A stretch of 32,573 nt of DNA from a virus (lineage: Duplodnaviria; Caudoviricetes): IMG/VR virus record IMGVR_UViG_3300020045_006942, positions 1 to 32,573 of that record, one strand, 5' to 3'. A model generated the notes under the pieces. That model ran no database searches. It worked only from the letters and a program-made list of their open reading frames with translations, and was not told where the DNA came from. This document shows positions 1 through 7,914 of the stretch, piece after piece (within the stretch, counting starts at the first letter, position 1; each line of letters starts with the position of its first letter). The position numbers and the translations under genes were made by a program.

Positions 1-334
1 TGCCCCAGTCTTTTTCTCTATTGCCAGCCATTGAAAAACTGCTACAAGGCGGTGAACCGTCTAAAATGTCAAGTCCATAAAGTTCTTTTGGCAAATCTTT
101 TCTTTTAGCAAAAGTAGTAATACTTTCTAAAAATGAATATTTTGGTTTATGATTTTCTTTATAAACTTCAATCATTTTCTTATCAATATCATTATGACCT
201 ATTACATCAAATCCAGCTAATTTATAACCCATTGTTGAGCCACCACCACAGGCAAAACAACTGAATACTTTACCTTTATCTTTTGTAAAATTTGCGTCTT
301 TTAATTTCCAGTTATATTTAAATTTATGTTTCAT
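1..334 (-). CDS. C5 cytosine DNA methyltransferase, N-terminal part (runs off window)
   Basis: Manual translation from ATG 334: MKHKFKYNWKLKDANFTKDKGKVFSCFACGGGSTMGYKLAGF...DILDGSPPCSSFSMAG; motif I (FxxGGG) and catalytic motif IV (PPC). Not in ORF track. Confidence 0.93.
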   Translation of the reverse strand, partial: MKHKFKYNWKLKDANFTKDKGKVFSCFACGGGSTMGYKLAGFDVIGHNDIDKKMIEVYKENHKPKYSFLESITTFAKRKDLPKELYGLDILDGSPPCSSFSMAGNREKDWG

Positions 335-450
335 AATCTTTCTTTTATAATTTTTCTATAAACTTCATTTGCTCGTTCAGAATTACAACCACGTTTGCGG
401 TAAAATTCTAAAATACGTTTAATTCTGGTTAGGTTACTTTGTTTTTTAAT
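331..450 (-). CDS. Small basic hypothetical protein (39 aa), only possible start is ATT
   Basis: Open frame IKKQSNLTRIKRILEFYRKRGCNSERANEVYRKIIKERL* fills the gap exactly; stop overlaps the MTase ATG (ATGA). Confidence 0.45.
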   Translation of the reverse strand: MKKQSNLTRIKRILEFYRKRGCNSERANEVYRKIIKERL

Positions 451-640
451 TTACTATATTTTTTAATTGATTTAAAATATTTTCTTGATTTTCGCCCCAA
501 TATATATCGCATGAACCATCTTTATTAATAGGTAATTCAGAAAAATATGCTTGTCTATATTCGCTATCTTTTGCAGTAAATCTGTAACATGATTCTTTCA
601 CATTACAGTTACCACCTTTACATTTTGTTATATCTGCCAT
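446..640 (-). CDS. Cys-rich hypothetical phage protein
   Basis: ORF track 446..694; likelier start MADITKCKGG at 640 after A-rich leader; C-x4-C-x5-C...C pattern. Confidence 0.7.
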   Translation of the reverse strand: MADITKCKGGNCNVKESCYRFTAKDSEYRQAYFSELPINKDGSCDIYWGENQENILNQLKNIVN

Positions 641-657
641 AATTATTTTTTTTATGA

Positions 658-766
658 GTTCACGTTTTCGTGAACATTGATTTTTTATGAACATTAATTT
701 TTAATGTCAAGTTTTTAGAAACATAAACTTGACATTTTGTAACATTTTTGTTTATTGTTTGTTACA
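658..766. repeat. Cluster of three adjacent palindromes
   Basis: GTTCACG-tttt-CGTGAAC (658-675); AATGTCAAGTTT-N10-AAACTTGACATT (703-736); TGTAACA-N15-TGTTACA (738-766). Confidence 0.8.
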
Positions 767-1649
767 TTTTCATTGGTATAGCAATAGGTAAAGTTCCTTT
801 ATTTAAGACTACACCGCAACCGATAGCAGGCTTTTTATAATGCTTCCCGTAAGCCATAGCATAACTTTTAATATCTATACCACAACCTACTTGCATACCA
901 AATACTATAAAATTTGCACCTACTAAAAAATCATTATAAAGTTGAGTGTGTAAATGCCCTTGAACCTGGCTTTGTAACTCGCTTTTAATTCTGTTTCTTG
1001 CAGTACCGCCCTCACCGTGATTGAAATTAATTCCGTGTATTTCTATATTTTCTACAAAATCCCAACCCGAAGTATTAAGAACGTCCTTATACTCTCTTAT
1101 CCATTTTTTAGATACTCCAGAACTATAAGCTTTTCTGTAAACTAAACGGTCATGATTTCCTATAATTACAGTTGCTTTTGGAAACGTATGATACCAGTCT
1201 GCAATCATATCAATAGCTCTATCTAACTCCTCTCCTGCTCCGTATCCATCAGGGTCGCTTTCGTGATAACTTGAATAATGATTGTCTATTACATCACCTA
1301 TAAAGATAATTGTCCCACAATCGTAATTTTCTTGTTGTTCTCTACAAAAAGAAAGGTATTTTTTTAAAGTAAACGGAGCGTGCAAATCGCCAATCACTAA
1401 AATATTATCAGGATTTCCATTTTTATATGGTTCTAAGGCTAAACTTTTCCTTTCGTGTAAATTACCATCATTTACTTTTTTTTGTTCTTTAGGTAAGCCA
1501 AAAACCCGTATATTCGCAATATGTTTTCTTAACCTTTCTATTTCATTTGCGGTGCCATCTGGAAATAACTTTTTTGCAATATGTGTATTATTTGACATTG
1601 CATATAAATTATCAATTATACTGTTATTGTATATGTCGTATTTACTCAT
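762..1649 (-). CDS. Calcineurin-like metallophosphoesterase with N-terminal extension
   Basis: Motifs GDLH, GDVID, GNHD, HG, GHLH in canonical order. Confidence 0.9.
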   Translation of the reverse strand: MSKYDIYNNSIIDNLYAMSNNTHIAKKLFPDGTANEIERLRKHIANIRVFGLPKEQKKVNDGNLHERKSLALEPYKNGNPDNILVIGDLHAPFTLKKYLSFCREQQENYDCGTIIFIGDVIDNHYSSYHESDPDGYGAGEELDRAIDMIADWYHTFPKATVIIGNHDRLVYRKAYSSGVSKKWIREYKDVLNTSGWDFVENIEIHGINFNHGEGGTARNRIKSELQSQVQGHLHTQLYNDFLVGANFIVFGMQVGCGIDIKSYAMAYGKHYKKPAIGCGVVLNKGTLPIAIPMKM

Positions 1650-1651
1650 AA

Positions 1652-1855
1652 TTATTTCTCTTTTAAATATTTAATTTCTCTTTGAATAAAATCTAAGGCT
1701 TTTTCCAAGTCTTTTATTTCATCATCTTTTTTTCCAGCTCTTGCAACGTATTTTATTACATTTCCACGATTAAAATTTAAATCGTACATTTTACAAAAAT
1801 CTATAATATCGATGCTGTTTTCTGTTTGGTAATGAGTTGGTTTATTGTGATTCAT
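1652..1855 (-). CDS. DUF3310-family protein (T7 gp1.7-like nucleotide kinase domain)
   Basis: PTHY...FNRGNVIKYVARAGKK...DLEKA signature. Confidence 0.85.
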   Translation of the reverse strand: MNHNKPTHYQTENSIDIIDFCKMYDLNFNRGNVIKYVARAGKKDDEIKDLEKALDFIQREIKYLKEK

Positions 1856-2055
1856 AATTCATTAATTTTTGATTCAATAATAATATATTTTGTTCTCGGA
1901 CTCCTTGCAAAGTCATTTATTAATTCAATTTGATAATCATCATAGAATCTTTTATTAGTCGCCATTATGCCTAATTCTTTGATTCTGTATGTAATTGTAT
2001 CTCTGTTTAGATTTAGCATTTCTGCAATCTCTATAACCCTCTTATGTCCTTCCAT
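1852..2055 (-). CDS. Small HTH DNA-binding protein
   Basis: VIEIAEMLNLNRDTITYRIKELG resembles an HTH; likelier start MEGHK at 2055 (TAATG-coupled to a 25-codon upstream ORF). Confidence 0.65.
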   Translation of the reverse strand: MEGHKRVIEIAEMLNLNRDTITYRIKELGIMATNKRFYDDYQIELINDFARSPRTKYIIIESKINEL

Positions 2056-2251
2056 TAATAACGAAATAAGTTTCTTTGATTTCCGCATAAGTAAAATGAA
2101 ATTCTATCGTATAATCTTTCTAATTTTTTCATGATTTTTTATTTTAATAATTTTTTATCTACTTTTATATTTTTGAATTTTTCAGCTAATATTTTAGCTT
2201 CTTGTTTTAGTCTATATTCTTGCTCGAAAATAGTTTCGTGTTTCTTTTCCA

Positions 2252-2776
2252 TTATATTATCTTTTTATTTAAAAGTTTTTCAGCTTCTTCTTTCGTGATT
2301 GTTTCGATAATTTCTGCCCATTTACCGTTATTGAATAAAATAAATCCAGCATAATATAAACAATTTGCATTTTGAGAATATATCCAATTCCCATCGTTTA
2401 CTAATCCTAAATATCCATTTGTAGATTTTATATAATTCCCATCTATTAACCCTCTTTTTTTAGCCTCGTTAATTAAAGCAGTTTTTACTTCTTGTTCTGT
2501 TGCTAATCTCCATAAAGATAAATTACTTGTCCAATCATCATTTTTTAAATCACAAAATTTATTTTCATTATCAAACCCGTACCCATTAAATCCGTATTTT
2601 GCAAATTCAGTAATAAATACTAAACAGTTTGTATTTTTACTTTTTGCCCACTTACCTGCTTCTAATTCTTTCTTAAAAGCATCAGGAAACCAACTTTTAA
2701 TTAATTCTTTATCTTTTGAATTTCCCCATTCACTAACTTTCAATACTTGCTCTTTTGTAATTTCAAACTTTTTCAT
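2252..2776 (-). CDS. Hypothetical phage protein
   Basis: 174-aa ORF in track, tightly packed with neighbours. Confidence 0.8.
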   Translation of the reverse strand: MKKFEITKEQVLKVSEWGNSKDKELIKSWFPDAFKKELEAGKWAKSKNTNCLVFITEFAKYGFNGYGFDNENKFCDLKNDDWTSNLSLWRLATEQEVKTALINEAKKRGLIDGNYIKSTNGYLGLVNDGNWIYSQNANCLYYAGFILFNNGKWAEIIETITKEEAEKLLNKKII

Positions 2777-2780
2777 AACT

Positions 2781-2921
2781 TTATTTTTTAAATTGTTCTA
2801 AATAATTGTACACTAATTGTCTTATCTCTGCTTTTTTAGTTGCAGGAACTCTAAAACTTCCTAACTGAACCGTTGGCTCGTTGTATTTTAGTGGTGCCCC
2901 TGCTTTTTGCGTTTGTTTCAT
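2781..2921 (-). CDS. Small ribbon-helix-helix-like DNA-binding protein
   Basis: MKQTQKAGAPLKYNEPTVQLGSFRVP...; ATG 2921 overlaps upstream stop (ATGA). Confidence 0.6.
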   Translation of the reverse strand: MKQTQKAGAPLKYNEPTVQLGSFRVPATKKAEIRQLVYNYLEQFKK

Positions 2922-3076
2922 GTTGTTATTATTTCTAAAGATTCGTCTAAAATACTTACCCAATGTCCTTTTATATTTAACTTAATATAAACAACATTAT
3001 TTATTTCCTTCTGAATTATCGAATTACTCGTGATAACTAATCCGTCACGAGTAATTCCTTTAAATTCAACTTTCAT
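2918..3076 (-). CDS. Hypothetical protein (52 aa)
   Basis: MKVEFKGITRDGLVITSNSIIQ...; coupled to both neighbours. Confidence 0.6.
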   Translation of the reverse strand: MKVEFKGITRDGLVITSNSIIQKEINNVVYIKLNIKGHWVSILDESLEIITT

Positions 3077-3204
3077 TATTTCAACATTAATTTATAATTT
3101 TCAATTTGAGCTCTGCAATTAGCAACATATCCTTTATTCCAGATATTCATCTTAATAGTGTTTTCTAATCTTTCAATGTTTGTGTCGATTTCTTGATTTG
3201 TCAT
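3076..3204 (-). CDS. Hypothetical protein (42 aa)
   Basis: MTNQEIDTNIERLENTIKMNIWNKGY...; first gene behind the promoter at 3242-3299. Confidence 0.6.
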   Translation of the reverse strand: MTNQEIDTNIERLENTIKMNIWNKGYVANCRAQIENYKLMLK

Positions 3205-3241
3205 AATTTCTATTTGTTTTATTTTGTTTTATTTTGTTATA

Positions 3242-3299
3242 CAAATATACATCATTTATGTATTACGTAACACATTATAAATGTTAAAGTTTTGTTAAA
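3242..3299 (-). promoter_or_regulatory. Bacteroidota sigma-A-type early promoter with shared upstream motifs
   Basis: TATATTTG (-7 element TAnnTTTG) at 3249-3242; TACGTAACACAT at 3264-3275 also found at 29250 and 32131; TGTTAAA direct repeats with 11-bp period. Confidence 0.75.
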
Positions 3300-3300
3300 T

Positions 3301-3327
3301 AAAAAAACCCACTGTTTAAAGTGGGTT
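3301..3327 (-). terminator. Intrinsic terminator after SSB gene
   Basis: Minus strand AACCCACT-TTAAAC-AGTGGGTT followed by T tract. Confidence 0.8.
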
Positions 3328-3345
3328 AATAAGTGGGTGAATTAA

Positions 3346-3702
3346 TTAGAACGGCAATCCAGAATCTTCTTCTTCTGGTTCTGGTTCATTTGCTATTGCT
3401 GATATTGGAGGCGTTTGTTCTGCTTTAAATACTTTCCAAGCTTGTAACGATGTGAAATATCTGTCCTTCCATTCGTTGGTAGATATATTAAAATCAACTT
3501 TTACAACATCGCCTACTTTATTATATTTATTAAAGTTGGTTACTTTTTCTTCTCCAAATATCTCAAAGCAAAATATTTGTTTTTTGTCATCATAACCCTC
3601 GTTATTTGCAACGATAAAGCTTTGTTTTTGCCATTCTTTACCGTCTTTTGTAGTTCCTGATTCTAATGTTAGAATTTTTTCAATTGAGCCTTTAATTTCC
3701 AT
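3346..3702 (-). CDS. DUF3127-family single-stranded DNA-binding protein
   Basis: MEIKG...GKEWQKQ...YFTSLQAWK pattern and acidic tail ending DSGLPF. Confidence 0.88.
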   Translation of the reverse strand: MEIKGSIEKILTLESGTTKDGKEWQKQSFIVANNEGYDDKKQIFCFEIFGEEKVTNFNKYNKVGDVVKVDFNISTNEWKDRYFTSLQAWKVFKAEQTPPISAIANEPEPEEEDSGLPF

Positions 3703-3705
3703 GTT

Positions 3706-3873
3706 TTAATTATTGTTTTTGTGATTTAATTTAGCTTGTTTTTTCTCATCTTTAGTAAAGTAGCTTTGCGCCTTTACTAAATAATTTGTTTTGTCATTAT
3801 TAAAAAAGAAATTACGAACTATTTTCGTTCCATCTGGTTTTCTTCCAATTTCGTGTGATACTAATATTTCCAT
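3706..3873 (-). CDS. Hypothetical protein (55 aa)
   Basis: MEILVSHEIGRKPDGTKIVRNFFF...; fills gap between neighbours. Confidence 0.55.
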   Translation of the reverse strand: MEILVSHEIGRKPDGTKIVRNFFFNNDKTNYLVKAQSYFTKDEKKQAKLNHKNNN

Positions 3874-3884
3874 GTTTTAAATAT

Positions 3885-4124
3885 TTATTTGTTAATTTTT
3901 CTACGCTCTTCTCTTAATTGATATTCTCTTTCTGCTAATAGTTTTTTTGATTTTTTATTAGCGTCGTAATGATTTGCATAAATTGGGTCTTTCATATTTT
4001 CTGACCAATCACTTTTTTCTTCATCGACTCTTTTCGATGATAAATAAGAACTTCTTACACCCTCTGGGATTAACATATAATGTTCTTCTGACATTCTTAA
4101 GAATACTTCTCTATTACTTTGCAT
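3885..4124 (-). CDS. Hypothetical phage protein
   Basis: ORF track; operon packing. Confidence 0.7.
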   Translation of the reverse strand: MQSNREVFLRMSEEHYMLIPEGVRSSYLSSKRVDEEKSDWSENMKDPIYANHYDANKKSKKLLAEREYQLREERRKINK

Positions 4125-4716
4125 AATCTTTAATTTTAGTTTCTATTTCTAATACTTGAACTTGTGTAGCTAATATTTTGCCGTCTGTAATAGCTTTTAA
4201 AGTAGCGTTTAAACCTTTTAAATCTGATTGTAAGGCTTTGTTAAATTGGTCTGTTGTTAGTGTTGGAATTTCTTTCTTAGGTTCAAACTCTTTTTTCATT
4301 TCTTCAACATAACGCACGTCATCAAATTTACCCATAAATATATCAGCATTGAAACCAAGTTTAGATATTGCTTTTGTTAAAGCATCGGTTTCTATTTTCT
4401 TTGCAAAGTTATCGTCTACCATTGTTAAATTTCTATCCATATATAATTTGCACGAATTTATAATTTCAAACTCGCCATTAGGAAAAAAGAAAGTTCCTTT
4501 AAATACAACCAAATTACACTTTTCTACTAAGTCGTAACTTAATACTATATTTTTAAAACCCCATTTCTCACCATATACGCCAAATTGCTCAGTAACTTGC
4601 ATTATTTGGTATTGTGGCGATATAGCGGTAATATCCCTGCCGCTTAACTTTGCATTCTTTGTGTATTTTGGATTGGTCTTTTCTACCCTATTCCATAATT
4701 CTAAATTTTCTTTCAT
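4114..4716 (-). CDS. Rad52/Sak-like single-strand annealing protein
   Basis: TEQFGVYGEKWG and KKIETDALTKAISKLGFNADIFMG motifs; lies upstream of SSB. Confidence 0.75.
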   Translation of the reverse strand: MKENLELWNRVEKTNPKYTKNAKLSGRDITAISPQYQIMQVTEQFGVYGEKWGFKNIVLSYDLVEKCNLVVFKGTFFFPNGEFEIINSCKLYMDRNLTMVDDNFAKKIETDALTKAISKLGFNADIFMGKFDDVRYVEEMKKEFEPKKEIPTLTTDQFNKALQSDLKGLNATLKAITDGKILATQVQVLEIETKIKDYAK

Positions 4717-4934
4717 AATCTAATTTTTTTAAGGTTAATTTTTAATAATTCATTCGTTCCGTTTTCAGCTAAATCAATACAATAGGCTAATTGTTTTTTT
4801 GCTCTTTTAATCTTAACTAAAAGTTCCTGATTCCATTCTTGTTGTTCTTCTAATTCAGTTAACGGTGGTAAATCTTCCCAATTAGCAGGATTTAATGGGT
4901 CGTGAGTTCCTGTGATGTAGTCGTCTAAATTCAT
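4713..4934 (-). CDS. Hypothetical phage protein
   Basis: ORF track; ATGA overlaps on both sides. Confidence 0.7.
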   Translation of the reverse strand: MNLDDYITGTHDPLNPANWEDLPPLTELEEQQEWNQELLVKIKRAKKQLAYCIDLAENGTNELLKINLKKIRL

Positions 4935-5212
4935 AATTCACGTTCTTTAAGCATTGCATCAGCTTTCATATACTGCAATTTAGATTCTAATTTAAACCAA
5001 AACATTTGATTTTCTAATGTATCATTTGGAATATGGTCAACATTCATTATTTCCTTTACAACTCTTAGAGATAATTGTTTTGTAAGCATTTCACCGTTTA
5101 CTGAATTAGCGAAATAATCTCTTAAAGTCATCCCATTCTGTTTTACGATTCCGTTACCTTGTGGGGTTGCGTAAGAAAATGCAAATGGATTGTTTGGTTT
5201 TTCTGTTTTCAT
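4931..5212 (-). CDS. Hypothetical phage protein (GMTLRDYFA family)
   Basis: GMTLRDYFA...ADAMLKERE motif typical of small phage proteins. Confidence 0.75.
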   Translation of the reverse strand: MKTEKPNNPFAFSYATPQGNGIVKQNGMTLRDYFANSVNGEMLTKQLSLRVVKEIMNVDHIPNDTLENQMFWFKLESKLQYMKADAMLKEREL

Positions 5213-5234
5213 AATTTATATTTTTAAATTTCAA

Positions 5235-5247
5235 CAAATATAATACT
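5235..5247 (-). promoter_or_regulatory. Bacteroidota -7 promoter element
   Basis: TATATTTG then TTGAAA-TTTAAAA leader, closely similar to 7501-7530. Confidence 0.6.
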
Positions 5248-5277
5248 TTTTTTTAAATAAAATGTAGTTTAGTTGAT

Positions 5278-5823
5278 TTATTTATTTAATAATTCTGGGT
5301 TTTCATAAATGCTTCTGTAAAGATTTATTATTTCATAAGCATATTTTAATTTGTCTATTACTCTTTGTCCAGACGGCTGATATCTACTCCAAAGTTCTAA
5401 ATTTGATTCTCTATTATCTTGTCTGTTACCATTTTTATGATGTACGCTTTCAAGATTTGTTAAACTTCTACCTATTATTTTAGACATTACAAGTCTATGT
5501 TCTTGCTCATATTTTTTACCTGTCCAAATTAACACATATCCATTATTTATATATTTTCCTCCTTTATTATTACCCCCTTTTTTACCTGTTCGGCTTTTAA
5601 TAGAATTTAATCTTGCTTGAATAGATATTTCTGAAACCCTTGGATTAAACCCGCATTTAATAACAAAAGAATTCCAATTCCCAAAAATCATTCTTATAGG
5701 CATATCACTCGGAGTACGTGCATCCTCTATCCATTGCTTTTTTCTCGGTATCTCTCCAAGTTCTTGTTCCAAAACCTTGAATAATGAGATTAGATTCTGT
5801 TCCGACCATTTCTTTGTTTTCAT
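5278..5823 (-). CDS. HNH homing endonuclease with N-terminal homing-endonuclease-associated repeat, inserted in yopX
   Basis: EHRLVM...VHHKNGNRQDNRESNLELW HNH motif; N-terminal LGEIP...FGNWN repeat; likely start MKTKKW at 5823. Confidence 0.9.
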   Translation of the reverse strand: MKTKKWSEQNLISLFKVLEQELGEIPRKKQWIEDARTPSDMPIRMIFGNWNSFVIKCGFNPRVSEISIQARLNSIKSRTGKKGGNNKGGKYINNGYVLIWTGKKYEQEHRLVMSKIIGRSLTNLESVHHKNGNRQDNRESNLELWSRYQPSGQRVIDKLKYAYEIINLYRSIYENPELLNK

Positions 5824-5827
5824 AAAT
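5299..5827. mobile_element. 517-bp HNH insertion bounded by 12-bp direct repeats
   Basis: GTTTTCATAAAT at 5299-5310 and 5816-5827; removing one unit restores YopX end IGNIYENPELLNK*. Confidence 0.75.
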
Positions 5828-6052
5828 ATTACCAATTAAAAATCCATCCAAAGATATAATATCTCCTTCATATATACAATTTTTATTTTGTTTATTTTTA
5901 TCTTTTAATCCAGTGAATTGCATTATTTTATAATTAGAATTTTCAATATAATTGAATTTATCTTTATGATTTTGAATTAATGAATTTCTAATAGAAACAT
6001 TATATATAATTTCTTTATAATTCCATGCTCTAAATTTTATTTCTCTATTCAT
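5705..6052 (-). CDS. YopX-family protein (C-terminus displaced by HNH insertion)
   Basis: MNREIKFRAW, MQFTGLKDKN, IYEGDII, IGNIYEN motifs. Confidence 0.85.
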   Translation of the reverse strand: MNREIKFRAWNYKEIIYNVSIRNSLIQNHKDKFNYIENSNYKIMQFTGLKDKNKQNKNCIYEGDIISLDGFLIGNIYENKEMVGTESNLIIQGFGTRTWRDTEKKAMDRGCTYSE

Positions 6053-6056
6053 AATC

Positions 6057-6419
6057 TTAGCTGTTTTTTTTATAAATTTCCTCGAATGTCAATCCTGTTT
6101 CTTCAAAAAATCGTGTTAATTCAACTAACACTTTAGGACGTTTTTTGTCCCAAAATGAAGCGTTTATTGAATGCATATTAAGCTCGTAAACTAACTGTCT
6201 GTTTGGTAGTTGCATCAATTGTTTAAAGTTCAATTCTAATCGATTACATACGTTGTAAATACGGTCTAATAACTCAGGGCTTTTGTTTTTCCAAACAGAT
6301 ATGTTGGCTATCTCATAACCTAACATAATAGATAATTGCGTATCGGTAACACGTGGATAACCTTTAACTTCTAACATCAGCTTTATTCTATTAGGGCAAA
6401 AATTTGATTTGTTTTTCAT
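6057..6419 (-). CDS. Putative tandem-HTH transcriptional regulator
   Basis: Two internal repeats: NISVWKNKSPELL...LNFKQL and NASFWDKKRPKVL...LTFEEI. Confidence 0.55.
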   Translation of the reverse strand: MKNKSNFCPNRIKLMLEVKGYPRVTDTQLSIMLGYEIANISVWKNKSPELLDRIYNVCNRLELNFKQLMQLPNRQLVYELNMHSINASFWDKKRPKVLVELTRFFEETGLTFEEIYKKNS

Positions 6420-6421
6420 GT

Positions 6422-6778
6422 TTATTTTATTGTTAATTCTTCATTAGTTAATGCGAAGTATAAGTTTTGAAGTTGGTGTACGTGATTTATATGTGGTAAA
6501 CATATGGAATGATTACAAACGTCTATTCCTTTGTCGTGTATAATTACTTCAACAAAACGACTATCTTTAATTCTATAAAAAGAGCCTTTTTGCTTAAAAC
6601 CAAATTTCAATAACCATTCTTCGGTTAACGGTACAGGCTTTATTTCTTCAATAACGGGGTAATCAAATGTTATACTATTAAACGTAATATATTCATCTGA
6701 AATAGTTGTCATAGTTTCATTTTCTTGTGTTTCTTTTGAAAAGATTAAATTCCCTAATCTCAATTCACTTGCTTTCAT
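6422..6778 (-). CDS. Hypothetical phage protein, ELR(L/I)GN...VHQLQNLYFALT family
   Basis: ORF track; paralogs at 31354-31718 and 32221-32325. Confidence 0.8.
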   Translation of the reverse strand: MKASELRLGNLIFSKETQENETMTTISDEYITFNSITFDYPVIEEIKPVPLTEEWLLKFGFKQKGSFYRIKDSRFVEVIIHDKGIDVCNHSICLPHINHVHQLQNLYFALTNEELTIK

Positions 6779-6909
6779 ATCTTAATGGTTTTAATTATTT
6801 CGTCAATTGTACTTTCTTTGGCTTTTTCGAGTAGTTCTATTACTTCTTCGGAACTGTAAACTTTTAAATCGTGCCAGCCTAATTCTGGAGTAAATATTCG
6901 TGTTGTCAT
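6775..6909 (-). CDS. Hypothetical protein (44 aa)
   Basis: MTTRIFTPELGWHDLKVY...; ATGA-coupled on both sides. Confidence 0.6.
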   Translation of the reverse strand: MTTRIFTPELGWHDLKVYSSEEVIELLEKAKESTIDEIIKTIKI

Positions 6910-7058
6910 ATTTTTTGTTTTTTATATTGTTTCCATTTTTTATTGGCTAAATCTAAAGCATTATTTAATACTGAGAAATACCACATTCCATAATCCATAT
7001 TTTTATCAGCGAAATAACCATCTAAAAACGCTCCGATGTATTTTTCTTTTTCTGTCAT
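6906..7058 (-). CDS. Hypothetical protein (50 aa)
   Basis: MTEKEKYIGAFLDGYF...; ATGA-coupled on both sides. Confidence 0.6.
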   Translation of the reverse strand: MTEKEKYIGAFLDGYFADKNMDYGMWYFSVLNNALDLANKKWKQYKKQKI

Positions 7059-7183
7059 TGTAATATACTTTTTAAATAATTAGGGTTAATTTCTAAAATC
7101 ATTAATGAAATAATACTTAATATTAATGTCGTAATTGATACGATGCCTAATATTAAGAATATTGTTTTTTCGTGTGTTTTCAT
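7055..7183 (-). CDS. Small single-TM membrane protein (42 aa)
   Basis: MKTHEKTIFLILGIVSITTLILSIISLMILE...; hydrophobic stretch. Confidence 0.6.
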   Translation of the reverse strand: MKTHEKTIFLILGIVSITTLILSIISLMILEINPNYLKSILQ

Positions 7184-7184
7184 C

Positions 7185-7409
7185 TTATTTCTTTTTAAAT
7201 TGTTCAAGCCATTTTTCGACATCTTCATAATAAATATTTACTCTTTTTATATTTAGCAATAATTTTAATACTTCATCTTCGCTATAACTTATTTCTTGTT
7301 GCCATTTAGCACCTAATTTAAAAGATTCCATAGCTAATGTATTTTCCCAACTAAGTGTATCATGATAAGTTAATCTTTCAGCAGCTTCTTCAAGTGTTTC
7401 TATTTTCAT
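7185..7409 (-). CDS. Hypothetical phage protein (ETLEEAAE...GAKWQQE family)
   Basis: ORF track; motif typical of Bacteroidota phage small proteins. Confidence 0.75.
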   Translation of the reverse strand: MKIETLEEAAERLTYHDTLSWENTLAMESFKLGAKWQQEISYSEDEVLKLLLNIKRVNIYYEDVEKWLEQFKKK

Positions 7410-7517
7410 TTCGTTAAGTTTAATATTAATACTGTAATTGTTAGAACCACACCCATATATAATAATGATGTGAAAATGTTTTTAATTTTTTCATAATTTA
7501 TCGTTTTAAAGTTTCAA

Positions 7518-7580
7518 CAAAGATATAATAAAATTTATATTAAATATATTTTTTTATTAAAAAAGTTTGTTGTAGGTTTG
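7518..7580. promoter_or_regulatory. Divergent promoter pair
   Basis: Minus-strand TATCTTTG at 7525-7518 and plus-strand TAGGTTTG at 7573-7580 in an AT-rich gap between divergent genes. Confidence 0.65.
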
Positions 7581-7605
7581 TAGGGAATTTAAAAATAAAA
7601 ATATT

Positions 7606-7785
7606 ATGAAAGAACAAAACATTTACTTAATGCAACGTATTGAAGCATTAGAAAAGGAAAATTTAAGATTGAATAACGAATTAAAGAAAGTCAAAGAAGT
7701 TGCTTTTAAAGTAAGATTAAGCGACCCTAATTTTGACAAACCTTTGAAAGATATTGAAGTGAATTATGAAATTATAAAAAAGTAA
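7606..7785 (+). CDS. Small coiled-coil hypothetical protein (59 aa)
   Basis: MKEQNIYLMQRIEALEKENLRLNNELKKV...; A-rich leader downstream of plus-strand promoter. Confidence 0.7.
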   Translation: MKEQNIYLMQRIEALEKENLRLNNELKKVKEVAFKVRLSDPNFDKPLKDIEVNYEIIKK

Positions 7786-7914
7786 CGTTCCGCGGCTTTG
7801 TGATGTTGCCGAAAAAACACACCTAAAACTTTAAATTAAAGACAAATTATGAAAGTACAAAACAATGTTATAGTTCAAGACCAAGACGGCAATAGCTCAA
7901 AACCGCTGTTACAA
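7783..7914 (-). other. attC-like recombination hairpin (cassette 1)
   Basis: Minus strand TTGTAAC-AGCGGTTTTGAGCTATTGCCG...CGGCAACATCACAAAGCCGC-GGAAC-GTTACTT; AAC/GTT cores flanking imperfect 20-bp arms (7792-7811, 7887-7906). Confidence 0.7.

Noticed and set aside
5299-5827. Group I intron or ribosomal bypass around the HNH
   Set aside because: The insert is entirely occupied by the HNH ORF with no room for a ribozyme core, and 517 nt is far longer than the 50-nt T4 gene 60 bypass.
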